A DNA stretch of 64,000 bases from Pseudomonadota bacterium (GTDB lineage: Bacteria > Campylobacterota > Campylobacteria > Campylobacterales > Sulfurimonadaceae): assembly GCA_043797085.1 (NCBI GenBank), contig JAZDQA010000008.1:64001-128000 (forward strand), given 5' to 3'. Below the pieces are notes generated by a model that ran no database searches, had not been told where the DNA came from, and was given only the letters and a program-made list of their open reading frames with translations. How positions within the stretch are numbered: position 1 is the stretch's first letter; every line of letters begins with the position of its first letter. This document shows, piece by piece, positions 56,746 to 64,000 of this stretch. The translations under genes were made by a program, and so were the position numbers.

Positions 56746-56761
56746 TCGAACAATAATTGCA
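56746..56761 (+). promoter_or_regulatory. Non-canonical sigma54-type promoter for the nifQ operon
   Basis: TCGAAC-AATAA-TTGCA (CG-N10-GC). Confidence 0.7.
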
Positions 56762-56791
56762 TTATTTGTACATATATATGGGAGGAATAGC

Positions 56792-57121
56792 ATGAGTGAA
56801 CTCGACATCTTACGTCATGAAGTTGAAAGCTATTTGAAAAAATACGCTATTAATGAGGAAGCACGGTATATTATTGCTCCCTTGATTGCTAGAAAATCAC
56901 TGGAAATGAATCACCTCTATCAAGATTTAGGCTTTAAAAGCCGCTCTCAGATGGGTGCGTATATGGCAGAGCATTTCCCTCACTTAGCCGAACTTAAACC
57001 CAAAGATAAACTCTGGAAAAAATTTCTCTATGATGCTATTGGCAAAGTAGCACCTGCGTGTGCGACGTGTAATGACCAAGAGCATTGCTTTACGTGTCTC
57101 ATAGCCGAGGCGAGCGCGTGA
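56792..57121 (+). CDS. nifQ: Molybdenum donor NifQ
   Basis: NHLYQDLG, WKKFLY, APACATC..CF. Confidence 0.88.
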   Translation: MSELDILRHEVESYLKKYAINEEARYIIAPLIARKSLEMNHLYQDLGFKSRSQMGAYMAEHFPHLAELKPKDKLWKKFLYDAIGKVAPACATCNDQEHCFTCLIAEASA

Positions 57122-58131
57122 AGACACCATCAATCACGACCACAGAACTCTATCGTCATCTCGATACTCTGATCGCGGCTGATATTCCTGTATTTATTCA
57201 TGGCTCTCCGGGGATTGGAAAATCGTACATTGTTGCTGATATAGCAGTAAAGCATGGATTACAGCTTGTCGATGTCCGTCTCTCACAGATGGATCCGGTC
57301 GATTTACGTGGTGTTCCTGCAATTCGTGATGAGCAGACGGTATGGATGGCTCCCGTTTTTTTCCCGAAAGACCAAAATTCAAGCGGGATACTCTTCCTCG
57401 ATGAACTAAACTCTGCACCTCCCTCAGTGCAAGCGGCGATTTATCAGTTGGTATTGGATCGTAAGATGGGTGAGTATTCACTGCCAAAAGGGTGGCGTAT
57501 CATTTGTGCAGGGAACCGCATATCCGATCGGGGTGTCGTGTTTCGTCTCCCGACACCGTTAGCCAATCGGATGGTACATCTCAGTGTAGAAGCACGATTT
57601 GAGGATTTTAAACTCTTTGCAATTCGTGAGGGATTGCACTCGTTTGTGATTGGATTTTTAGGATTCCGTCCCGATTTACTTACCTCAGAACCCATCAGTG
57701 ATGATGACAGCAATCCTGCATTTGCAACACCGCGAAGCTACCATATGCTTTCACATATCCTCAAACATAATGAGAATACTGCGAACATTGCTCCTATTAT
57801 TTACGGTCTTATCGGTTACGGTGCAGGGATTGAGTTTTTATCGTATGTGAAGGTGTACGAAAAACTCCCCGATGTCGGGGCAATTTATCGAGGTGAATAC
57901 CCGAGTGTTGATAAAAGTGAACCGGCACTGCTGTATGCTCTCGTTTCGGCGATGGTGGAACTGTATCGTGGAAGTGCAGAGCAAACGACACATTTATTTG
58001 GTTTTGCTCAAAAATTGCCCACCGAATTTGGGGTAATGCTGATCAAAGATACCATTGTTAAAGATGAAAATATTGCAATGTGTTCTGAATTCGACGAGTG
58101 GATCGAGCGCTATGGCGACTACATCCTTTAA
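57118..58131 (+). CDS. MoxR-family AAA+ ATPase
   Basis: GSPGIGKS, LFLDELN, AGNR, LANR, TPRS; GTG start overlapping the nifQ stop. Confidence 0.88.
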   Translation: MKTPSITTTELYRHLDTLIAADIPVFIHGSPGIGKSYIVADIAVKHGLQLVDVRLSQMDPVDLRGVPAIRDEQTVWMAPVFFPKDQNSSGILFLDELNSAPPSVQAAIYQLVLDRKMGEYSLPKGWRIICAGNRISDRGVVFRLPTPLANRMVHLSVEARFEDFKLFAIREGLHSFVIGFLGFRPDLLTSEPISDDDSNPAFATPRSYHMLSHILKHNENTANIAPIIYGLIGYGAGIEFLSYVKVYEKLPDVGAIYRGEYPSVDKSEPALLYALVSAMVELYRGSAEQTTHLFGFAQKLPTEFGVMLIKDTIVKDENIAMCSEFDEWIERYGDYIL

Positions 58132-59263
58132 TGATCAACTCGAAAAAATACGGGTTCAGTTTCTCTTTGATCACCCTTTTTTAAGCGTCCTAGCTCTCTC
58201 GATTCCCCACAAATACCAGAGCAATCTTCACCTCCTTTTTGAGACGGATGGGGTGAGTATTCGTGTTGATGAGAACAAAACGATGGGCTATGATGATGCC
58301 CGTCTCAAATATCTCTACGCTCATGTACTGCTCCATATCCTCCTCAAACACCCTTTTCGGATGAAGGGTCGGGAGAAGCCGACATGGAATCGCAGTTGTG
58401 ACATCGTGATCGGATTACTCCTTAACGATTTTCAGCGGGTGGGTAGTGCGGATGAAGAGGCAATAGTGATTGAGTCGTTTCACGACAAAAGTGTCGAAGA
58501 GGTATACCACGCCCTCTATCGTGAGAGTAATGAAGGAGAAGGAAAGCAAAGCGAAGAGAATCCGACACAGCAAAAAATGGACATCGTCGAGCATGAAGGA
58601 GATACCAAGGTTGCAGAAGAAGAGATCGATGCCCTGATCATCCAAGCGATGGGTGCAGCGCGCAAGCAGGGGAATATCCCAGCATCGTTGCTGGAGATGT
58701 TCGATGAGATCACCAAGCCTTCTATTGATTTGCATACGCTCTTACACACCTACATGACAGAGAGTTTTTTCGATAAAGAGTCTGATTTCTCTCATCCGAA
58801 TCGCCGTTTTATCCATCAGGGACTTTATCTTCCCGGATACCGCTATGATCGCAACCGTTTGAGTTTTTTTATCTTTTTGGATCGCTCTATGAGTATTACG
58901 GGGGAAGTTTTTTCACGCTTTTTAGGGATTATCGACTCGATTGTTCGCATGAGCCATGATTTCGAGGTGAGTGTGATCCCATTCGATGAGAGGGTCTATA
59001 CGGAAGAAAAAAAGAGCTACGATGCACAGTCAATATTGCCTAATATTAACTGTGCAAAAGGGAACGGTGGAACGCAATTCGCTCCCGTATTGGAGTATCT
59101 GAATCTTCATGCAGGAGAAAAGAACCTCGCCATAATCTTAAGCGACGGTTATTTCACGGTGGAGAAAGCGCCTGCTATGCAGACCCTTTTTTTGCTCAGT
59201 GAGAAAAAAAATTTAAAAAGGTTTGAACGCTATGGAGACGCCGTCTACTTTGACTTATCGTGA
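58112..59263 (+). CDS. DUF2201-like protein: metallopeptidase-like N-domain plus VWA domain
   Basis: AHVLLH, DRSMS (MIDAS), GGT.F, LSDG. Confidence 0.82.
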   Translation: MATTSFNDQLEKIRVQFLFDHPFLSVLALSIPHKYQSNLHLLFETDGVSIRVDENKTMGYDDARLKYLYAHVLLHILLKHPFRMKGREKPTWNRSCDIVIGLLLNDFQRVGSADEEAIVIESFHDKSVEEVYHALYRESNEGEGKQSEENPTQQKMDIVEHEGDTKVAEEEIDALIIQAMGAARKQGNIPASLLEMFDEITKPSIDLHTLLHTYMTESFFDKESDFSHPNRRFIHQGLYLPGYRYDRNRLSFFIFLDRSMSITGEVFSRFLGIIDSIVRMSHDFEVSVIPFDERVYTEEKKSYDAQSILPNINCAKGNGGTQFAPVLEYLNLHAGEKNLAIILSDGYFTVEKAPAMQTLFLLSEKKNLKRFERYGDAVYFDLS

Positions 59264-59945
59264 TCATATTGAAACTCTAAAAGACGATTTGGATTTCGAG
59301 GAGCAGGGTGATGCTATTTACTTGCATCATGAGGATGATGATGCACGACTGCTGTGGGCATTTCATCGTCCCAGCGGTTCCCATCCCGTCCAAGTGGGAG
59401 ACCCGAACACCGACGTAGCAATTATGGCGTTCAATCATTCACGACTAGGGGCATTTGAGCGTTTTACGCGTCTTAATCCATCTGTTATCAGCGATCCTGA
59501 TTTACGCCGTCATATCCGTAACCGTAGTCGAATGCTTTTTCGTGCTCTTGTGGATAACGATTTTAGCGAACTGTTGGAAGTATTGAATCTTTACCCTGTT
59601 TTTATCGATCAAGCGTGTGATCAGATGATTAACGGTCGTATTTGGAATGAGCATTATGCCTCACCCTTGCGTGCATCACAGTTTTTAGATGTAGCGAATG
59701 AACAGATACATGAGAAACTTGCCGAGGGAGTGATTCGCCGCCTACGACCGCTTAAACACCAAACATTTGATGAGGCGAAAGGTCTTTTATCCGAGTTGGT
59801 AAGTCAAGTACAAAAGTTGCATTCAGTGATCAAAGTGCACTATGTCAAAGAGTTTGAAACATGGATGAAGAGTGAGAAACTTCATCCGCTTCAAGTGATT
59901 GTACTGACGAAACAAATTGCCCTATTGAAGGAATCCCATGACTGA
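59232..59945 (+). CDS. Hypothetical protein
   Basis: 237-aa ORF overlapping both neighbours in the nifQ operon. Confidence 0.75.
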   Translation: METPSTLTYRDHIETLKDDLDFEEQGDAIYLHHEDDDARLLWAFHRPSGSHPVQVGDPNTDVAIMAFNHSRLGAFERFTRLNPSVISDPDLRRHIRNRSRMLFRALVDNDFSELLEVLNLYPVFIDQACDQMINGRIWNEHYASPLRASQFLDVANEQIHEKLAEGVIRRLRPLKHQTFDEAKGLLSELVSQVQKLHSVIKVHYVKEFETWMKSEKLHPLQVIVLTKQIALLKESHD

Positions 59946-60180
59946 AATGAAACTCAAAGTGATGAAAACGATCTTTAACCTCAGCGATGAATGGGAATAC
60001 AACATTTACGAATCCGATGATATCGCCGAATACGCTCAAATGGACAAAACCGAAGTTAAAAACATCATCTCAGAACTTTATGAGGAGGGATATTTGGGTG
60101 AGTGTATGACTGTGGGAGACGATGGATTCGATACTTTTTACCTCAACCGTCGCGGACGTGCAGTCATCGGGATAGAGTAA
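59938..60180 (+). CDS. Small acidic winged-helix-like protein
   Basis: DIAEYAQMDKTEVKNIISELYEEGYL...LNRRG. Confidence 0.6.
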   Translation: MTEMKLKVMKTIFNLSDEWEYNIYESDDIAEYAQMDKTEVKNIISELYEEGYLGECMTVGDDGFDTFYLNRRGRAVIGIE

Positions 60181-60611
60181 TGAGGAAGCTCGTCGTGTTT
60201 TATGAGAAGCCTTTTTGTGCTGCTAATGCTAAACAAAAGCAGATATTGCGATCCAGTGGCTGTACCCTCATCGAGCGCAATCTTCTCGAACACGGATTGG
60301 ACGCAGAGGGACTTCGCAGTTTTATGGGGGATACACCAGTTATTGATTGGTTTAATCCTGCTGCCCCCGCGATTAAAAACGGTGAGATTTTTCCAAACGC
60401 TTTAGATAAAGCAGCGGCGATGGAACTGCTGATGAGCGATCCAATCTTGATTCGCCGACCATTGATGATTATCGGAACTGAAAAACTGTGTGGTTTTGAT
60501 GCGGTAAAAGTAGCTGAAATTCTCGATAGAACTGTCGAACCGATGCCAAAGATAAACTGTATGGAAAAAGGGTGCTTGGAGACTTCAGAATTAAAGAACA
60601 ATGGCAGCTAA
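60180..60611 (+). CDS. Nitrogenase-associated ArsC/Spx-family protein
   Basis: FYEKP.C..N.KQ, WFNPAAP, PILIRRPLM; TAATG coupling to the upstream gene. Confidence 0.85.
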   Translation: MRKLVVFYEKPFCAANAKQKQILRSSGCTLIERNLLEHGLDAEGLRSFMGDTPVIDWFNPAAPAIKNGEIFPNALDKAAAMELLMSDPILIRRPLMIIGTEKLCGFDAVKVAEILDRTVEPMPKINCMEKGCLETSELKNNGS

Positions 60612-60803
60612 TTGCTGATTGGATGATTATAAGAAATTATGGTTAATTAAGTTTGCTATAAAGGGTTCATTATATTCCAACAAAAAGGATTGAAGAGTCC
60701 CGTCGTTTTCAAAATTTGTAAACACAATTTTTTTTGTTATCTTTTTAAGAGTTTTCTGCTAGTATATTTATTATTTGTAAGACATCTTGAAAAAAGAAGT
60801 ATT

Positions 60804-63389
60804 ATGCGGAATCTTAATCTTACCAAACAGCTTTTTTTGATCATTAGTGCTTTTATTTTGTTTGCCGTCGTTTTTATGACGTTTCATCTCTATTATCAAA
60901 CTTCTTCACTCATTGAAAAACGTGCGATAAGCCGCTCGAAATCTCTTCAAACTTACTTTATGTCGATGCGGTACATTTATCATAATCAGTTTTTAAACAG
61001 CGGATTGGAGTTAAACGATTCTACGGTCGGTTTTTTACCCGCTCATGCGGCATCGTTTATCAGCGATGAATTTTCCAAACGGACCCAAGATGGTATTTCG
61101 ATACGCAATGTCTCTGACCGTCCTCGCAATCCTACCAATATGGCCGATTCGGACGAATTGAGAGCGATGAAAGCTTTCGAACAAAATCCTGAGCTCAAAG
61201 AGCGCTTTACGAACATCCGCCAAAACAATCAAGACTATTTTTTTTATGCCGCACCTATCAAAATCGAACCTTATTGCATTCAGTGTCACGGAAAAAAAGA
61301 GGAAGTTCTCCCCTACATCGCCGGTCGATATGAAACCGCATATAATTATAAGGTAGGAGATATTCGAGGCATCACCAGTATCAAAATCCCGAAACAATTA
61401 ATTGCAAAAGAGACACTATCGATCTTTTGGACAGAAACCATTCTCAATTTGGCAATCATAGCACTGCTATTGGGGATGATTTACTATGTAATTCGTTTGT
61501 TCACACGACGAGATATCGAATACAAGCATCTGTTAGAAGAAGAAGTTCGTAATCGTACCGCAGATCTCGAAGAGACTGCAAAGAAACTTGAAGAATCAAA
61601 TCGCTATCAGCAGCATTTATTCTCGATTCTCCGCACGGTTGCTGATAGCAACAAAATTCTCATCACAACTCAATCACTTGAAGAGCTAATCGAAAAAACA
61701 GCACAGTGTTTAGAAGAGAATCCCTCTTTCTCTATAGTTCGGATCTCTTTGCTGGAAAATGAACATTTGAATCTAAAGGTTTTATTCGGGCTTGAAGTTG
61801 ATTGGGATATCCTGCCGATTGAAAAGAGTGTTTTGAATACCAATCAGCCTTCAATAATCAGCGATTTTTCATCAACTGTATCCGAAACGTGTAGGGTAAA
61901 CGTAGAGAGATTTCAGATTACGGGAATGTATGTTTCACCGTTGAGAAAAGACTATTACGCATCTGAAGCGTTCGGTGTCATGATGATTTGCACGACACAA
62001 CCGGGCGGTTTTACGGATGAAGAGGGTGCAATGATCGATGAACTCTCCGGAGATTTAGGCTTTGCCATCAATTCCTTTTATCAACGAGAAGATATTGTCA
62101 AACTTTCTTATTTTGATCCATTGACCGATTTGCCAAACCGTAGGCTGTTTATTGAACGATTGACTCATGCTATGCTCACCAGTGCACGGACGTTACAATA
62201 CGCAGGTTTGCTATTCATCGATTTAGATCATTTTAAAGGGGTTAATGATTTAAAAGGGCACTATGCCGGTGATAGTGTTTTAAAAATGATGGCTCAGCGA
62301 TTGTTGAGTGTTTTACGGCAAAACGATATTATCGCACGTTTTGGCGGAGATGAATTTGTCGTATTGATAGAGAATTTAGGAAAAACACAACACGAAGCGG
62401 CATTATCAGTTCAAGCAACCGTGACAAAAATTCTTGAGGTATCCAAAGAACCATTTATAATTGACGATCAATTGTTTTATCTAAGTGCTAGTGTCGGTAT
62501 CGTGTTGTTTTATGATGATGAATATACGATGGATCAATTATTCACGTATGCAGACAGTGCTATGTATGCCGCAAAAAATAGTGGACGAAATACTGCCCGT
62601 TTTTATGATTCAGCGTTACAAGAGACGATGAGTGCACAAGTAAAGTTGATACAAGATTTATGTATCTCTATGTCTAATAATGATTTTTATTTAGTCTATC
62701 AAGAGCAGGTTAATAATGAAGGTGATACGGTTGGAGTCGAAGCGCTGATCCGATGGCAGCATCCAAACAAAGGGATCATATCGCCTCTTGAATTTATTCC
62801 GATTGCTGAAACTTCCGGATTAATCATTCCTTTGGGAGGGTGGATAATGCATCAAGCAATTTGGCAGCTTGTGAACTGGAAAAATGATCCGATTAAACAA
62901 CATTGGCGTATCTCAGTCAATGTCAGCCCTAAGCAGTTTGAAGAAGAGGATTTTGTTCCTAAACTGCAACGATTAATGGAAGAAATACCATTTACAGCAT
63001 CTCAACTCCGTCTCGAACTGACTGAGGGGTTGTTGATTCAAAATGCACAAAAAGCGATGGATAAAATCAACATACTTAAAAGCCTTGGGTATACATTATC
63101 GATTGATGATTTCGGAACCGGTTATTCGAGTTTATCGTATCTAAAAAATCTTCCGATTGATGAACTCAAGATCGATCAATCATTTATCAAAGCTCTCTCA
63201 ACCAGTGATTCGGATAAAACAATTGTACAAACGGTTATTACGATGGGGCATACATTTGGATTGGAAGTCATCGCCGAAGGGGTTGAAACGGCTGAGCAAT
63301 GTGAAATACTCAAAGCGATGGGATGCGATATTTACCAAGGCTATCTTTTCAGTCGACCTCAGAAAGCAGAATATTACAATGTGGTGTGA
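60804..63389 (+). CDS. Periplasmic c-type heme (DUF3365-like)-GAF-GGDEF-EAL protein
   Basis: Two TM helices flanking PRNP.N..D and CIQCH; RFGGDEF; EALIRW; DDFGTGYSS; likely start ATG 60804. Confidence 0.88.
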   Translation: MRNLNLTKQLFLIISAFILFAVVFMTFHLYYQTSSLIEKRAISRSKSLQTYFMSMRYIYHNQFLNSGLELNDSTVGFLPAHAASFISDEFSKRTQDGISIRNVSDRPRNPTNMADSDELRAMKAFEQNPELKERFTNIRQNNQDYFFYAAPIKIEPYCIQCHGKKEEVLPYIAGRYETAYNYKVGDIRGITSIKIPKQLIAKETLSIFWTETILNLAIIALLLGMIYYVIRLFTRRDIEYKHLLEEEVRNRTADLEETAKKLEESNRYQQHLFSILRTVADSNKILITTQSLEELIEKTAQCLEENPSFSIVRISLLENEHLNLKVLFGLEVDWDILPIEKSVLNTNQPSIISDFSSTVSETCRVNVERFQITGMYVSPLRKDYYASEAFGVMMICTTQPGGFTDEEGAMIDELSGDLGFAINSFYQREDIVKLSYFDPLTDLPNRRLFIERLTHAMLTSARTLQYAGLLFIDLDHFKGVNDLKGHYAGDSVLKMMAQRLLSVLRQNDIIARFGGDEFVVLIENLGKTQHEAALSVQATVTKILEVSKEPFIIDDQLFYLSASVGIVLFYDDEYTMDQLFTYADSAMYAAKNSGRNTARFYDSALQETMSAQVKLIQDLCISMSNNDFYLVYQEQVNNEGDTVGVEALIRWQHPNKGIISPLEFIPIAETSGLIIPLGGWIMHQAIWQLVNWKNDPIKQHWRISVNVSPKQFEEEDFVPKLQRLMEEIPFTASQLRLELTEGLLIQNAQKAMDKINILKSLGYTLSIDDFGTGYSSLSYLKNLPIDELKIDQSFIKALSTSDSDKTIVQTVITMGHTFGLEVIAEGVETAEQCEILKAMGCDIYQGYLFSRPQKAEYYNVV

Positions 63390-63426
63390 TTTGGAAGTGT
63401 AACCTAAGAGAGTGTGAATAAGTTTC

Positions 63427-63460
63427 TCATCCCATACTTTATGCTAGATACGGGATGACG
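63427..63460. repeat. Degenerate REP-like hairpin between convergent genes
   Basis: TCATCCC...GGGATGACG. Confidence 0.5.
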
Positions 63461-63467
63461 GAGGTGG

Positions 63468-63986
63468 TTATACAGCTCCGAAAGCAAGTTTTCCTTGAGC
63501 GGTTTGAGATGCTTTAATCTCTTCGTAGGTTTTATCGGCAAGACGAAGATTTGTACGTTTGAGCTCATTACAGACGGTATCGATTTTTTCTTTGTCTGAC
63601 AATTTTTTCAAATCACCTTTTGAGAGATCAGCGTAATCGATGACTTCATTCCAAACAGAGCTTTCATCGAGTGCATACATGTAGAAAGTGATTCCTTCGT
63701 AAACAATTTTACCTTTTCCATTAATATCAGAGATAAAGAGAAGATATTTTCCCTCTGGAGTCAAATACTCTTTGTATTTTGCAACAAATCCTTCGAACAG
63801 GTTAATCGTAGGGAGTTCACACGCTAAAAAGTCGATAGTGTCGCTGTTAGTAGCGAGCAAGACTTGTTTGACAATCTCTTTAGGAGGAAGCGTGTTTTCT
63901 GATGAGATCACTTTACCCTCAGTCACGATGAGGCATCCACGATAGGCGTAGTTGTACGATTCAGTTTTGCCGTTGAATACGATCAT
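63468..63986 (-). CDS. Hypothetical protein
   Basis: 172-aa ORF; upstream context lies at the window edge. Confidence 0.7.
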   Translation of the reverse strand: MIVFNGKTESYNYAYRGCLIVTEGKVISSENTLPPKEIVKQVLLATNSDTIDFLACELPTINLFEGFVAKYKEYLTPEGKYLLFISDINGKGKIVYEGITFYMYALDESSVWNEVIDYADLSKGDLKKLSDKEKIDTVCNELKRTNLRLADKTYEEIKASQTAQGKLAFGAV

Positions 63987-64000
63987 CCACTCTAATTTGT

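Noticed and set aside
60602..60657. GG...TTGC pairs upstream of the heme-GGDEF-EAL gene
   Set aside because: Spacings are 9 and 12 nt rather than the required 10.
1..64000. CRISPR arrays, tRNA/rRNA genes, IS transposases, integrases, T6SS structural genes
   Set aside because: No regularly spaced direct repeats, RNA-gene signatures or matching ORFs seen; the delivery system for the Rhs protein is not in this window.

Overview
AT-rich bacterial chromosomal window. The protein families (three-domain NifU, GAFTDA-type sigma54 activator, GGAAC-type sigma54 promoter) suggest Campylobacterota, probably Sulfuricurvum/Sulfurimonas-like; this is an inference. Left part (1-19300): housekeeping genes (aas/lplT-like, dgkA, dinB, carboxynorspermidine dehydrogenase and nspC, amrAB, pdxA, pdxJ) plus a PAAR-like (DUF4150)-Rhs toxin locus with an immunity candidate and decayed orphan modules. 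From 19438 to the right edge: a nitrogen-fixation accessory region (nifN, nifX, DUF269, flavodoxin, nifW, nifZ, ferredoxin, rpoN, P-II, nifU, nifT, nifA, nifQ, oxidative-stress genes, MoxR/VWA, ArsC-like). It is interrupted by a ~15 kb chemosensory/two-component block and several c-di-GMP enzymes. nifHDK, nifE, nifB and nifS are not in the window. Main finding: the nif-linked sigma54 has an altered RpoN box (VRRLIAKYR instead of xRRTxxKYR). Seven transcription units in the region, including rpoN itself, are preceded by correctly spaced -24/-12 elements with AG or CG in place of the normally near-invariant GG. A canonical TGGAAC-N5-TTGCT site occurs outside the nif region. This suggests an orthogonal, nif-dedicated sigma54/promoter pair.
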